From Camelus dromedarius (Eukaryota), in contig NC_087438.1 of the NCBI RefSeq assembly GCF_036321535.1, forward strand, positions 1,614,001 to 1,678,000: DNA of 64,000 nt, in the 5' to 3' direction. Positions 1 to 12,047 of this stretch are shown in pieces. A model generated the notes under the pieces. It saw nothing but the letters and a program-made list of their open reading frames with translations. It was not told where the DNA came from and did not search any database. Made by a program: the position numbers and the translations under genes. Position 1 is the stretch's first letter; every line of letters starts with the position of its first letter.

Positions 1-275
1 ATCTGCCTCTACCTTCCAGGGTCCCTCATCCAGCACCTCCCTCCAGTGCCTTCTCTACCCTCTCCCGGCGGGAATGCCTCAGGCCACTTTGCCCTCGTGG
101 GAGGCCAGCACTAACCGTCACTCGAATAAACAGTGCTTCCCTGACCTGCTGAGCCTGCTCCCTGTGTGGGCCAACGAGGCCGATTTCCACGCGTTCTGGT
201 TTCAGCCCCTCCCTTACAAGCAGATGCATTCATTAGGATTATCGTGCGTTCATTTCTTTGTTTCCCTAAGAGGGG

Positions 276-285
276 ACACACACAC

Positions 286-316
<31 letters not shown>
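276..316. repeat. (CA)n microsatellite, one interruption
   Basis: Directly visible acacacacac-tt-acacac... run. Confidence 0.95.
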
Positions 317-1044
317 ACCTTCTACATCACAGAGATAAGCTAGGAGTTCGTGAAATGAATAATAGTTCTTAGAAACACTTACTTATTGAAAAAATATTAC
401 ATCTTAAAAGGCTTTGCTTCTGTACTTTAGAATCCCAGTCTGTTAGACACGTTGGGAATTACTAGGCAATTACAGCAAGAGGTGTGTCTTGTGTCCAGCC
501 TCAGAAGACATCTGCTGACTGCAGTTGACGTTGCATTCGCATCTCATCACTAGAACAGTCTAGTTCTAAGTTGCTGGGAGAAGGCCAGGTCAGGGCTGGA
601 CATCCCTTACTTTTTCAGACCGTCTTGTGCCTCTCTGGATTGGGGACATCTGGAGGAGCTGGAATAATCACATTGCACACCAAAAGGATCATCTCTAAAC
701 TCACAGGGCGCATAAAACGGGAAAGCACGTCACATAAGCACATGCGTGTTAAGAAGAAACTTGATTCCAGAACCGATGACAGCAGAATCTTTAATACCTA
801 TTTATCCAGTTACCGTAGAATCTTCAGTGCCACGTATGCTCTTTAGATTTTGTTGCCCATTTGTCTATGCCCACAAAGCTGTTCTGTTGATTATTTTCCT
901 GGAACCAACAACCTTCTTGCTAACAGGCTGGATTTATAAATTTTCTGTGGTTTAAACATGTGCCCACAGTTCCAGCAGGAGCTGTGGGTGCCCTGGGGCT
1001 TGTCAGGGAGATATGTGATTCCCCAAGAGTTGATGGATTACAGT

Positions 1045-1495
1045 GACGGATTTTCAATGTTAATCAGCTCTGCTTTTCTGGGATAAAACCTACCAAAGCA
1101 TCATTTACGCTGCTGGATTCAATTTGCCAATTATTTACAAGGGACTAGTTTTAAGAGGAATAACATTTTGTTTGTTTGTTTGTTTTTGCAAAATCTTTCT
1201 CAGATTTTGATTTTAGGCTACTGTTAGCTTCACCAAGTGAGTTGGGATGTGTCTTTTCTCTGTTCCCTGTCTTTGTATGAAATTGGCACTCTAGTTTCAT
1301 TCTTTGGTAAAATCTACCAGCGGCATAATGTGGATCTGGAGTATTCTTCGTGCAAAAGATTTTTATTAAAAATTAAATTTCTCTAATGGCTCTAGGGCTA
1401 TTCATAGTTTCTATTTCCTCATGAGTCAGTTTTGGTGAGCTGAGTTTTTCTAGGAATTAGTCCATTTCCTCTGTACTGTAAAATCGATGGCCGTG
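1045..1495 (-). mobile_element. Ancient L1 (L1M-type) ORF2 fragment, left part
   Basis: T-rich antisense L1-like motifs (gctgctggattcaatttgcc, gagtcagttttggt...tctaggaattagtccatttc); interrupted by the Tigger element. Confidence 0.7.
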
Positions 1496-1512
1496 TGAGA
1501 GGGTCACGCACA

Positions 1513-1951
1513 CAGGCAGACCTCATTTCATTGCACTTTGCTTTCTTTAGCTCCACAGGTACCGTACTTTTCACATGGTGAAGGTCTGCAGCAGCCCTGT
1601 GTCAGGCGAGCCTCTTGGTGCCATTTTTCCAACAGTATTTCTCACTTTGTGTTTCTATGTTACATTTTGGTAACCCTTATATTTCAAATCCTCTACCAGC
1701 AAAATGATTATAACTGACTGAAGGCTCAGATAATGGTTTGTATTTTTTAGTAATAAATTATTTTTAAATTCAGATATGCACCTTGTTTGTAGACACAATG
1801 CTATTGCGCACTTAACAGACTACAGTAGAGTGTAAACATCACTTTTCTATGCACTGGGAAGCCAAAACTGTCTTGTGACCCGTTTTATTGTGACAGTCAC
1901 TTTCTTGTGGTCATCTGGAGCCAAACCTGCACCGGCGCTCAGGTCTGCCTG
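1513..1951 (+). mobile_element. Tigger1-derived non-autonomous DNA transposon (Tigger1a-like MITE, Tc1/mariner superfamily)
   Basis: Perfect 11-bp terminal inverted repeats CAGGCAGACCT...AGGTCTGCCTG, TA at the right end (CA at left), internal Tigger1-like motifs (ggtgccatttttccaacag, gaaggctcagat, cacttaacagactacagt). Confidence 0.9.
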
Positions 1952-1989
1952 TACACATCCTGGAAATGTTGAAAGGCTATTATGTATCA

Positions 1990-2250
1990 GCTGAATCTTA
2001 AATGTCTTTAGGGTGTGTAATTCTGTCCAGTCTTTCATGAATCTTACAAAGAGATTATAAATTGTATGAATATTTTCAAATAACTAACTTCAGACTTTGT
2101 TAATTTTTTCTATTTTTTTTCTGTTTTCTCTTTCATTGATTTCTGCTCATTTTCCTTCTACTTGAAATATATTTAATTTACATTTGTTCTTCTAGCTTCT
2201 CAAATTGGAAACATAGGTCAGTGATTTTTAGACTTTTCTTCTTTGTTACT
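1990..2250 (-). mobile_element. Ancient L1 fragment, right part (continuation after Tigger insertion)
   Basis: Antisense L1 ORF2-like T-rich text (tttcattgatttctgctc...ttctagcttc...ggtcagtgatttttagac). Confidence 0.6.
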
Positions 2251-2313
2251 GTGAAAATATTTCACAATGAGAAACCACGTATGAAAGGTGTTTTTAATGG
2301 AACTGCAGAAATG

Positions 2314-2334
2314 CACACACACACACACACACAC
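2314..2334. repeat. (CA)n microsatellite
   Basis: Directly visible. Confidence 0.9.
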
Positions 2335-2722
2335 GTCCATCGGTCATTCCAGTTCATGCTGTGACAGATGCTAATCCCAGATGCTAACTTGTGTAGCTTA
2401 CAGGAAACATTCTTCCGGTTTCAGGCATTTGGGCTGAGAGCCTCCGTGCACCGGAGGCTGGACTGTCTTTCGTCTGTTCGTCTGTCTGCGTTTCAGGGAT
2501 ACCCTTGAATTCTTAGCCTGCAGCAGTCGACGACTCAAGTAGTGCGAGCTGTCTGTCAATCAGCAAACACTCAACCACTAGAAAGAACTGCTTACCCAGA
2601 GTGGAATGTGTTGTGTGTGAAAAGCTAATATTTAGCCAGTGAGTTTGGTACTGAGTTTAAGTTCTTGCTCAACTGCCTTCACTGCGTGCACGGCATTGGG
2701 GAGTTTCAATAAAAAGTCTCAC

Positions 2723-2819
2723 CTTGGACTTGATCAAAGCATGGTTCTGTTTCTCATAAAAGTAGTGAGAGTCCAATCGTCACAGAGGTAGATCTCCAAG
2801 CAGAAAGGATCTGAATACG
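2723..2819 (-). other. Candidate internal exon (97 nt) of a minus-strand transcript
   Basis: Acceptor ttttcactattaacttactctcAG and donor AAG|GTGAGA on the minus strand; stops in all three frames. Confidence 0.35.
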
Positions 2820-3650
2820 CTGAGAGTAAGTTAATAGTGAAAACATGCTGCTACTCTGACATTAATGCTATCTCTCCAAAGATGGATCATTTGAGAAAAT
2901 ACAAAAGACCACCAATTCCTTCTATGAAAAACTGAAGAATACTTGTGCAGTGGAGAAGATTTGGGGTCATCTAGGGATGGGTGAGGAAGAACTGCATTTT
3001 TCTGGCACCTGTGATTGCCCGCAGTGTAGACTGGGGTCCCCTCCGCTTTCTTCCCGGTAGCATTCCTCGTTCAAAGACGATGAGGCATTTGACGTGCAGG
3101 CACCGCCCAGCACAAGCGGCTTCCGATGGGTCAGTAATGGGCCGTTTATAATCTGGGCTTGTGGTCTGGTTGTTCAGTCTCCCAATGTCACATCAAAGCT
3201 ACATTTTAAAATAAGGAGAAAACAAAAGGTTGTCCAGGTATGTGGAAAGGTCTGGTCTGAGAACAGAGTGTGGTGATGAATTTCCATGGCGATGACAGTC
3301 TTCCTTGGTACCAGCACGTCACAGCCCTGCCCAAGGCCTCTGCGGCTGCTTCATTCAGAGGAGATGTGGCTGGAACGTAAGTGGCTTTTAAAAGAGATAA
3401 ATGCGCACATGGAACAGTAAAAAAAATGTTTCCTCATCTTTTGTATCATGGTTCCCAGTGAGGGATTATTAATGTCTATCCCGAAGCTGATATGTGACCC
3501 ACTAACCTCTTCATAATGCATAAAAAATAGTTTCAAGGAGTTCAAAATCTATCCACCACATATTGCTGATAAGCAATCCTCTGCTCAGGAAATTAAGTGC
3601 CCGAGTCCCAGACAGGACCGAGGAGGTGAACTCACATGCCTTTGACTCAC

Positions 3651-3736
3651 CTTTGCCTAGAGCTGTGGTCACTTCTGCCCTTTATCATTTGTAAACCTTG
3701 GGGTTTCCCCACAACAATGAATTTTTTGGAATCTCT
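3651..3736 (-). other. Candidate internal exon (86 nt) of a minus-strand transcript
   Basis: Strong acceptor ctttacctttacctcttctaatAG and strong donor AAG|GTGAGT; one open frame RDSKKFIVVGKPQGLQMIKGRSDHSSRQ. Confidence 0.4.
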
Positions 3737-4875
3737 CTATTAGAAGAGGTAAAGGTAAAGGTTTTCAGTGTCCACACTTAAGGATCTTCCAGGATCAGCA
3801 CCACACAGACGTGTTCCCATAGGTCGCACTGGGCTGTGAGGGGCACGGTGGGAGAGTTTAGGGGACCCGTGGATTCCGCTGGGCCCACCCGGTGTCTCGT
3901 GGAAGTGAAGAGAGGATTTTCTGCACAAAATGTAGGTGTCCTTAAGACTGCCAGACCCCAAACTACTCATCCATAAGTCAGTCCCTCACCCACCCCGCCA
4001 GCGCACACTGCGTGCCGGGGCATCGGGTCCGACTGCTGCTGATGAAACTGACGGGGTGCAGCCTCGGGTCATCAGCCCCTCCCTCCTTTGCTGGTTCTTT
4101 TACTTCCACTGTTGAAGCATCTGGAGAGAGGCTTCAGTCCCTGGATTGGGACGTCTTCACTTTGCATCAGCATCAAAGCGGAGTCATCCCCGTGCCAGCA
4201 CCTCCTGGGCCCTCGGTGGATACCAGCCGGATTTCCGCGTGCCATTTTCGGAAGGCACCCCGGAGGCCATTAGGTTGTACTGTCACCCCTTCCTCCTTCC
4301 AGCCACCCTGCCAGGACCCTGCAGGCCTCCCACCCATCTGCCGCCTGTAGTCAGTGCCTGGACACCCAGTCCTCCTGAAGGTGACTTGTGCGCTTTGTCC
4401 GCAGGTCAGGGAGGCCGCACCCTGCGCGTTTTAGGGACTACTGACTGCTCATTATTTGAAACGAAAATGAGTATCATATGGTCCAAAGAAAGCTTTGGGG
4501 GTGAGATGCCCCGAAGACTCTTGCGGGTGTGGGGCGGGGGGGGCAGGGCTGGGAAGGCAGGCAGGGACCCCACGAACCAGGGAGGGGCTGGGGGCAGTGA
4601 CACGTCACTTCTCTGGGGGCACACACAGGCTTGGGGGCTCCCCTCCCTGCGGCCCCTGCTGGGGCGGCGCCGCCCCCGGGCTCCTTCTGGGGCAAGTGTC
4701 GTTCTCCGGGCCTGGGACGCTTGTTCTCCAGACATTTAGGGGCCTCACCCCCTCTTTTCTCCTTTCAAAAGTCACCTTTCCCATGAGCACCCCTGACACA
4801 CCGCCCAGAGAGCTCCCGCCCGTCTTGCTCTGCATTTACCACCGTGTTCCATGCAGTGTGTTTTCTGATTTCTCT

Positions 4876-5117
4876 CTTTCCTTTTTACTGACATATAGCC
4901 AGTTACAATGTGCCAATTTCTGGACTTCAGAATGTTTCAGTCATACCCATACGTACCTGTATCTGTTTTCAGATTCTTTTTCATGTAGGTAACAACAAGG
5001 TGTTGAATAGTGTCCCCTGCGCCATACAGAAGAAATGGGAAGGGATAAATTGGGAGCTAGAGATTTGCAAATACTAACTATTATATATAAAATAGACAAA
5101 AAACACATTTCTCCTGT
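4876..5117 (-). mobile_element. Short lineage-specific L1 3'UTR insertion with 5' inversion
   Basis: 4876-5036 is the antisense L1 3' terminus; 5037-5117 (gggaagggataaattgggag...atttctcctgt) is the adjacent upstream L1 segment in the opposite orientation. Confidence 0.8.
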
Positions 5118-7684
5118 TTTCCCTTTTTATAGCCTTACACTATCACTGGGACGCAACCTCTGCAGGGCAGGTGCACCCACCCACCTTGCTCCTGGATGCA
5201 CTTAGGCCTGGCGTGTAGCAGGTGTCAGCAGCATTTATTAAATCAATGTAATTTTGAGGAGTGACTGTGTTCACACCGAATGCGGAGGAAGAAGAAAAAA
5301 GGACATTTTCAAAAATGTTTAAATAATTTTTTCGCAAGTCTGACTGGGCCTAGACAATAACATTAACCCTAAGACAACACGCAGGTGTTTGTTAAATCTC
5401 GTGTGTTGTTTTGTTAAAACGTTGAGAGAAATTGAGAAGAAGGGAGAAGCTGGAGTGGCAGCTGTAGCTTCGCTTTTTCTAGATGGAGAATCCCTAAAAA
5501 TCAGAGAACCGAACAGTCTTCCCAGGAGTGCATGTCTAAGCAGCAAGTGCACAGCTAAACGGGGACAGGAGCAGCCCGGCCCCGCCCACCTCTCCCTGCG
5601 GCGGCCAGTCTGTCTCCGGGTGCTGCTCCTGCGGCCAGCAGGGCTCCGCAGCTCCCAGGACGCACACCTGCGGCCGAGCCTGACCCTCCCAGGTAGCCAC
5701 CGCCCCTGCCGCGCGGCTGGACGGGTTCCAGCAGAGTCCCCACCCCCACGGGAATTCCTCCAGCTCCCCACCCCTGGCGTGCCCTGGGTGATGCCCTGGG
5801 GGTGGTGAGGGTCATAATTAATGGTGTTTAATGGCCTCGCCTTTGATAGTCATCTGTTCCTGCTCCTTGTAAAATTCGGTTTCAACTCTGTATAAATGAT
5901 TACCCCCGACCTGAGCGCCTCTGCAGAAGCTGGAAACGGCTCCTTTTATGCAATGAAGGGGCCCTGGGCTTTGGGAAGGCTCGGTTCTGAGAAGGGCTCC
6001 TTGTTACGATACTGGCTCCACATTAGAGCAGGTCGTGAAACTCACAAGGAGCTGCCAGGTTTGGTTCTCAAGACCCACAGAAATCTAACTTCTGCAGGGT
6101 ATCAAATACACACATCTAGTCTTGGTAGCAAATAAAAATCACCCCTACTTGGAAATTTCTCAGCTAGCCATCTATTTTAAAGGTGAATTAAAATAACGCA
6201 GCAGTGATAAAATGATACATTTTTAGAAGTCCATTAATCATGGAATGTATTTCACAACAAAATCCATCACAGCTGTTTATTTGGGATTCCTGAACTACTG
6301 TCAGTTTTTCTAATTTTGGAGCACTTGGGGCACAGAGTTAGGACGTATTACCTCTGTTACATGGGAACTGCTGAAATCTTGAACCCCGGGCGCCCAGCAT
6401 GGACAGGATGGACCCACAGAGTCTATGCAGGACTTGTTTCTTTATCTCGTGTTAAATAGATTTGCTGCGATGGGACTTAGCGAATGGCCGACTCGGATGC
6501 ATGTACCTTTCCTCCAGAGCATCCCTTTGGAGGCCTGACTGCTGCTCCGTGTCCCCTGTGCACTAGATCAGAGGTGGGCGAACTTCCTGTAAAGCACCGA
6601 ATAGTAACTATCCACAGGTTTCAGCTCCTGCCGTCTGTTTTGCAACTGCTCCACTCTGCCCTTGCTGCCTGGCAGGAGACAGCGGGTTAAGGAACGTTTG
6701 TGCTGCAATGAACTTCATTTACAAAAGCAGGTGTTGGGCCAGATTTGGCCCTTGGGCCGATGTTTGATCACCCCCGGCTGGAGAAAAAAGATGTTTGCCG
6801 GCCCGAGAAGGGCTTACAGTGATGGCAGGAGGTGCAGTATGATGAAGGCCCACGAGATAGATGTCCCTGGGGCTGGAGGGACCAGACCCAGGGGAGTGCA
6901 CCCATGTCCGGGGCACAGAGCATCCAAGGAGGGGAACCCCAAGCTGAGTTCTGATTTTAAGTATTTCCTTTGAACTATCATTATATGCTATCACACTTCC
7001 AGCTGTGATCAACCAACCTGGGAAACCGACTCTGACAAAAAGTGGGCTGGACGCAGTGTGAGCTTCGAAGGCAGGTTTGCCAGGCGTGCGTTTTTTTCAT
7101 CTATTGGATACATTCTGATTGAGGCACAGCCACAGCACGAATGAGCCGTGTGCCGCTTTCGGGCATCGGGAAGGCAGGGGTGAGCCAGGGAGAGCAGGCT
7201 CTCTCTCCGCCGGGGCTGGCGCTCTGGGGAGGAGACAGACATCCATGGACAGGTGTCCACAGGGGCTCCAGGGGTGCTGCCAGGAGGGAGGGCAGGCAGT
7301 GGGAGCAAAGTGGCGGGGGCTGCAGGGGGACACAGGGTGCCCCCTTGTGCACACATGGTGCCTCGTGACAGGACAGGGCCACCAGGCAGGACTGAATGGG
7401 GTGGGAGCCCCCATTGGGGTTTGGACAGTGGTGTGGGACCCCGATCTGTCTGCTAAGAGCTCTGCCTGCTGTCGTGGGCAGAACAGGGCTTGGGGCCCCC
7501 GTGGGATCAGGAAGTGGTCGGGAGGCTCTCACTGTGGTCCTGACGGACAGAGATGGGGACCAGCAAGGGCACACGTGTGGCTTTCACCGCCCGTCGCAGG
7601 AGCCCAGATGGTGGCCCACCTGGAGGCCTTCAGCCGTCAGGGTGCAGGGGGTCACCTGGGCACAGAACAGACCTCCCTTCCGTT

Positions 7685-8105
7685 AGCTGCTGATGCCTGA
7701 GTACCAAGTTAGCCCCAAACTGAACAGCGGGAAACTGCAGGCGCACGTGATCTCACGGGGTGTCTGACGTCTGGGGGCTGAGAACAGCTGAGCTACCTGC
7801 TTCTGGCTCAAGGCTTGTCACAAAGCTGGAGTCGGGCTGTCCACTGGGGCCGTCACCTGGGGAGATCCACATCCATGATGGCCCCTCCTGTGGCTGTGGG
7901 TGTGGCTTCTGGAGGGAGGCCACGGTCCCTTGGCCTGGGGACCTCACACAGGGCAGCTTGGGTGTCCTAGTGACAGGGCAGCCAGCTTCCCCCAGGGCCA
8001 CGTGTCTCACAGGCAACCTCAGAAGTGACAGGCCACCACTGCCATGTGGCCATTCTGTCTGCTGCCACATGGAGGGGCTGCCTGAGGGCGTGGACACCGC
8101 AGAAC
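7685..8105 (-). mobile_element. Degenerate MaLR solo LTR (MLT1-type)
   Basis: MLT1-like motifs (ccccaaact, cttctggctcaagg, ctcacacagggcagcttgggtgtcct...gggcagccagcttcccccag, cctcagaagtgaca). Confidence 0.6.
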
Positions 8106-8824
8106 AGGGACCTGAAGGCTGGCGGCCCTCCTCTCTCTGATGGGCCTGGGTGGAGTGCAGGCACGGGTTGATAAGTCCCTGGTCTGTGAGAGTTTGTGAA
8201 TCTGACTTTGAGAAGCACTGATGGTGGCACAGAGGGCGCCTGAACGTCCAGGCTGAAGAGAGCCCGGGACTGAGACCTAGGTTTCAGAAAGAAGTCATCC
8301 ATCTCCAGAACTCCCAGCACCAAGCACCACCATCTCTCCCACGGCCGACTCGACACGACACCATTCACCACATGCAGTCCCTCCAGGCCAGCTGAGAGTC
8401 CGGTGATCACAGCCAGGCCCTCTCAGCTCCAAGAAGACCTCAGGCTGCGAGCAGAGCTAAGCCCACGCCGTCCGGCCTGCACGCGGGTTCTTTTCCGCAG
8501 TGAACTCGGGCTGTAGGAAAACGTAGGTGGTGGAGCCACCTGTCCAGCTCTCCAAACCCCACAACCGGGTTACAGTGAAAGCAAACATTGGACTCAATCA
8601 GGCCATGCCTGGGAGCTTGTCACCGAGACCTTTATGAACCCACAGGGATGAGGCCCTGGCAACCTGCTCCGTCAGCTCCGGGGGCCCCGGCCGCTGCCCT
8701 CGCAGTGGGGCGAGCCTGTGTCTTCTGAGCTGCAGCACTTTAGAGGGTGCTGAGCGTGAGCAACAGCTACATACGGCAGCACGTGAACCAGGGCCTCTCT
8801 GAGCAAACCGGGAAGCGTGGTCCC

Positions 8825-9140
8825 TGCGAGGGCCGGGGACCATTCACCTATCTGCTTGGCCAGGCGGCGCCACGTCAAACACTGGCCTAGATGTTTTTGT
8901 GAGGCTTCTTTTTAGATTAACTTTTAAATCAGTGGACTTGGAAGAAAGCTGAGGGCCCCTATGAAGCAGGTGGGCCTCGTCCAATCAGTGGAAGGGCCTG
9001 AGGGCAAAGACTGCGGTTTCTCCAAAGAGAAGCAGTTCTACCCAAGACGGTGACATTTACACCCTATGTGAGTTTCCAGACTGCAGATTTCAGACTCAAG
9101 ACAGCAACATCAATTTTTCTCTGAATTTCCAGAAGCCCAC
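8825..9140 (+). mobile_element. ERVL solo LTR (MLT2-type)
   Basis: Hallmark motifs taaatcagtggactt, ggtgggcctcgtccaatcagtggaagg, ctgcagatttcagactcaagacagcaacatcaa. Confidence 0.75.
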
Positions 9141-9549
9141 CTGCCCAGCAGCCTCGTCCTGACTCAGAGCCCTGCTTGCCAGGGGCGCAGGGGACAGAGC
9201 AGCCCCCTCCTGCCTGGACCGCCTGCCCTTCCTTCATCCTCACCACGGATCTCACAGGATGCTCTCTGACCAGACGTATCTGCAACGTTCACACATCAAA
9301 CAGAGACCACATTTCATCTCGGCTTTTCCTGGAGCAGGCGTGTCTGGGCAGCTGGACCAAAGCACGAAGCCCTGCCCCACACAGTCCGGCCGCCCTCAGG
9401 TCTCGTGTGGCTAGAGTCCACTTCTTTGTCTTCTAAAGTGACAGCTTCAGAGACAAAGATAAAAGTTGTAGAGAGGGACCTTTAAAAATTACAGATGCAC
9501 CGAGGAGCTCCACATCATTGGGCTGGTGATGGAGGCCGGGGATGAAGGG

Positions 9550-9800
9550 AAAAATGTGCATGTTTCTGTTCATACAAGACGGCTCGCATGAGCAGAGCCA
9601 GAGAGCAAGGAGAAAGGTGGTTGCCAGCAGCTGGAGGAGGAGGGGCCACGGGGAGGAACTGCCTAATGGGAACAGGGTCCTGTCCTCCGTGAGAGAGATG
9701 GTGGGGGTACACCACTACCTAGCACGGACTCAGTGTCACTGAGTCATTCAGTTTAAGATGGTTAGCGTCATGTTATGTAAATCTCATCCATTCCATAATT
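9550..9800 (+). mobile_element. Old L1 (L1MB/MC-like) 3'UTR fragment
   Basis: ggtggttgccag...actgcctaatggg...agggt, tttaagatggtta...atgttatgtaaat motifs typical of L1M 3' ends. Confidence 0.6.
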
Positions 9801-10564
9801 TGCAAAAATGCAGCCGGACTTCTGAATGCGGGCAGATCCCCCGTCCCCCCAGTATGCCATCGTCCAGGTGCAGATTGTTTCAGCCTGACTGTACCTACAG
9901 ACAGCCCCAGCCTGGGGTAACCCATCTCCAAAAAAACCATCTCCAGTTGTCTTTCTGAAGGTGAACCCAAGAGGGGGACCTGAAGTTCCTGAAGAAATTC
10001 TGGTTCACATCGAAACAGAAGGGCCAACCAGGAGCCGGCCACGCTCACCCAGGGGAAGGGTCCAGCCACGAAGCAAAGACATCCCCCTTTGAGCTGTAAT
10101 CAAGAAAAGTTTAGTTTTCCCAAGGATTTTATTCAAATATAATGAGTAGATACATTTTGTGTGTGTGTGCGCTTGTTAACAGAAAATATAATTTTAAGTG
10201 AATGAGACTTGCACTCCATTGTTCCAAGTACTCAGAATTTAGAAGCAAAAGTCCACAACCGAAAACTAAAACTGTCTTCAGTGTGTCACCCTTTCTGGAA
10301 ACTCTGACTGGGACAGAGGCGTCAGGAGAAGCTGGTGGTCCCCGAGGGCAGTAAAAGAACGTCCCCTAAAAGTAAGTTCTCAAGTAATTTTTAACTAGAG
10401 AAGCTTGCTGGAGTCACCAACCAGCTAGGCTGTGAAAGGAGTGAATGAGGATGCATTTTAGTGAACTTACAACCACAAGAAATGCATTTATAAATCCAGG
10501 AGCCAAACTCAGGATCCCAGAGGCAGGACGGGATCGGGGCTAAAACATCCTTACTGCGGCGATG

Positions 10565-10740
10565 CGGACCCCGGCCCAGCTCTGCCTTTCACTCGGGGAC
10601 GCTGGGCAAAGTACTCGGGCATTCCGCGTCTAAATCGAGAGACTGACACCTGAAGAAAGACTCGTCGTAAGGACTGGATCAGTCAACGCATGGAACACAC
10701 TTAGAGCTGCGTCTGGTCCCGAGTGTTTGCCCAGTGAACA
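10565..10740 (+). mobile_element. MIR SINE remnant
   Basis: cccagctctgcc...ctgggcaa and later acacttagagc...ctgg core-like motifs, heavily diverged. Confidence 0.45.
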
Positions 10741-10932
10741 GCCTCAGGGTTATTTAAACGTTTTCAAAATCTTCAAGCATCCACGATCAGATTATGTAAC
10801 GTACAAGAACGACACAGCTAACATCTGGGGTCAGCTTTTTAAAATCCCCAAAATGAAAATGTGAAATTTCACAGAACCTTGACTTGGGTGTGAAAACTGA
10901 TTACCAGCTGACTGTTCAGACCCTGTGGGTTT

Positions 10933-11085
10933 CATAGATTCCTGAGCTGGAAATAGTCTTAGAAATTACCTGGGGGTTCCAGCCTAATCGCATTTTGCCA
11001 ACAGGGAAACCTCAAAACAGAGGTACTGCATCCCCTGGTCACCAGCAAGCCAGGGACGCAGCTCGACCCCAACCCAAGCCCCTCA
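10933..11085 (-). mobile_element. MIR3/MIRc-like SINE remnant
   Basis: tcatagattc...gagctggaa...cttagaaat, cattttgc...agggaaac, ggtcaccagcaag. Confidence 0.45.
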
Positions 11086-11995
11086 GGAGGGGCGGTGACA
11101 GCCCCCCTCCACCGCCCAGTGCCCTGGTCCCCACTGTGTTTACGGCCCCACCTCCCAACCCCGCCTCCTTCTCCAAAGTCCTAAGGGTCCCTGTCACTCC
11201 ACCCTGCCCAGAGCTCACTCAGACTTGCCCCATTTAATGGGCAAAGTTATCTCTCCAACAAGAGGGAGAAGATGATGGAGAGAAGGGACCATGGTACCCA
11301 CTCACTTTATGTGATCTTGACCTCTTAGCGCAGGTTTCTGGAGAAGGAGGAGAGAAGTGAGTTGATGAGACATAAAATCCGCTCCTGACTCTTGCCTGTA
11401 GCCCAAGCACAGAGGAGCCAGGCGCGAGCCCCCAGGCCTCGCTGTCCCTCCTCATCTACAGAGACTTCCCTGACCTCATCGCAGCCCCGCGAGCTAAGGG
11501 CAAATGCAGGAGGAAGAACCGTGACCTGGCAATCCCCGTGTGTGGCGGGGCCCCGATGCGGTGTCTGGGAGCAGGATGCCAGGTGGGACCTCAGGGCCCT
11601 GCGGACTGAAGCAGAGCAGGGAGCAGGGACGGCTTCGCACAGGAAACCGGGACATGGTGCCCCATGGCAGCCCAGCGAGCCCCCCAGAGCCCCTGACCCC
11701 AGTCCCACTGTCTCCCCCCAAAAGGAAAAAACCCAGTTCTTGTCGCACCAGAAAGATAAGTTTACAGCCGGGAGACAGTGTGTTGTGTACTGAAAGATTT
11801 TAAAAGATTTATATAAAAAAGGGAAAATTACATCCCCAAGAACAGGAGGCAGGCTGATCCAAGGGAGGAAGGCGGTGGCCTGTGTCTCCCCTTCTCCTGC
11901 ACCCCCGCTTAGAGGGTCTCTTGACTGACTGATGGCTTGTTGGCTCTCGTCCCTGGAGGGCTCAGTCACATTGGCCCCTTTGCACGTGTCCTTAC

Positions 11996-12047
11996 CCACA
12001 GCATCCACAGAAAACCCCGCAGCGGGGTAGGGGCCTGAACCGCAGTG
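11996..12047 (-). other. Candidate small exon (52 nt) of a minus-strand transcript
   Basis: Acceptor ttgtattattatcAG, donor TGG|GTAAGG. Confidence 0.3.
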
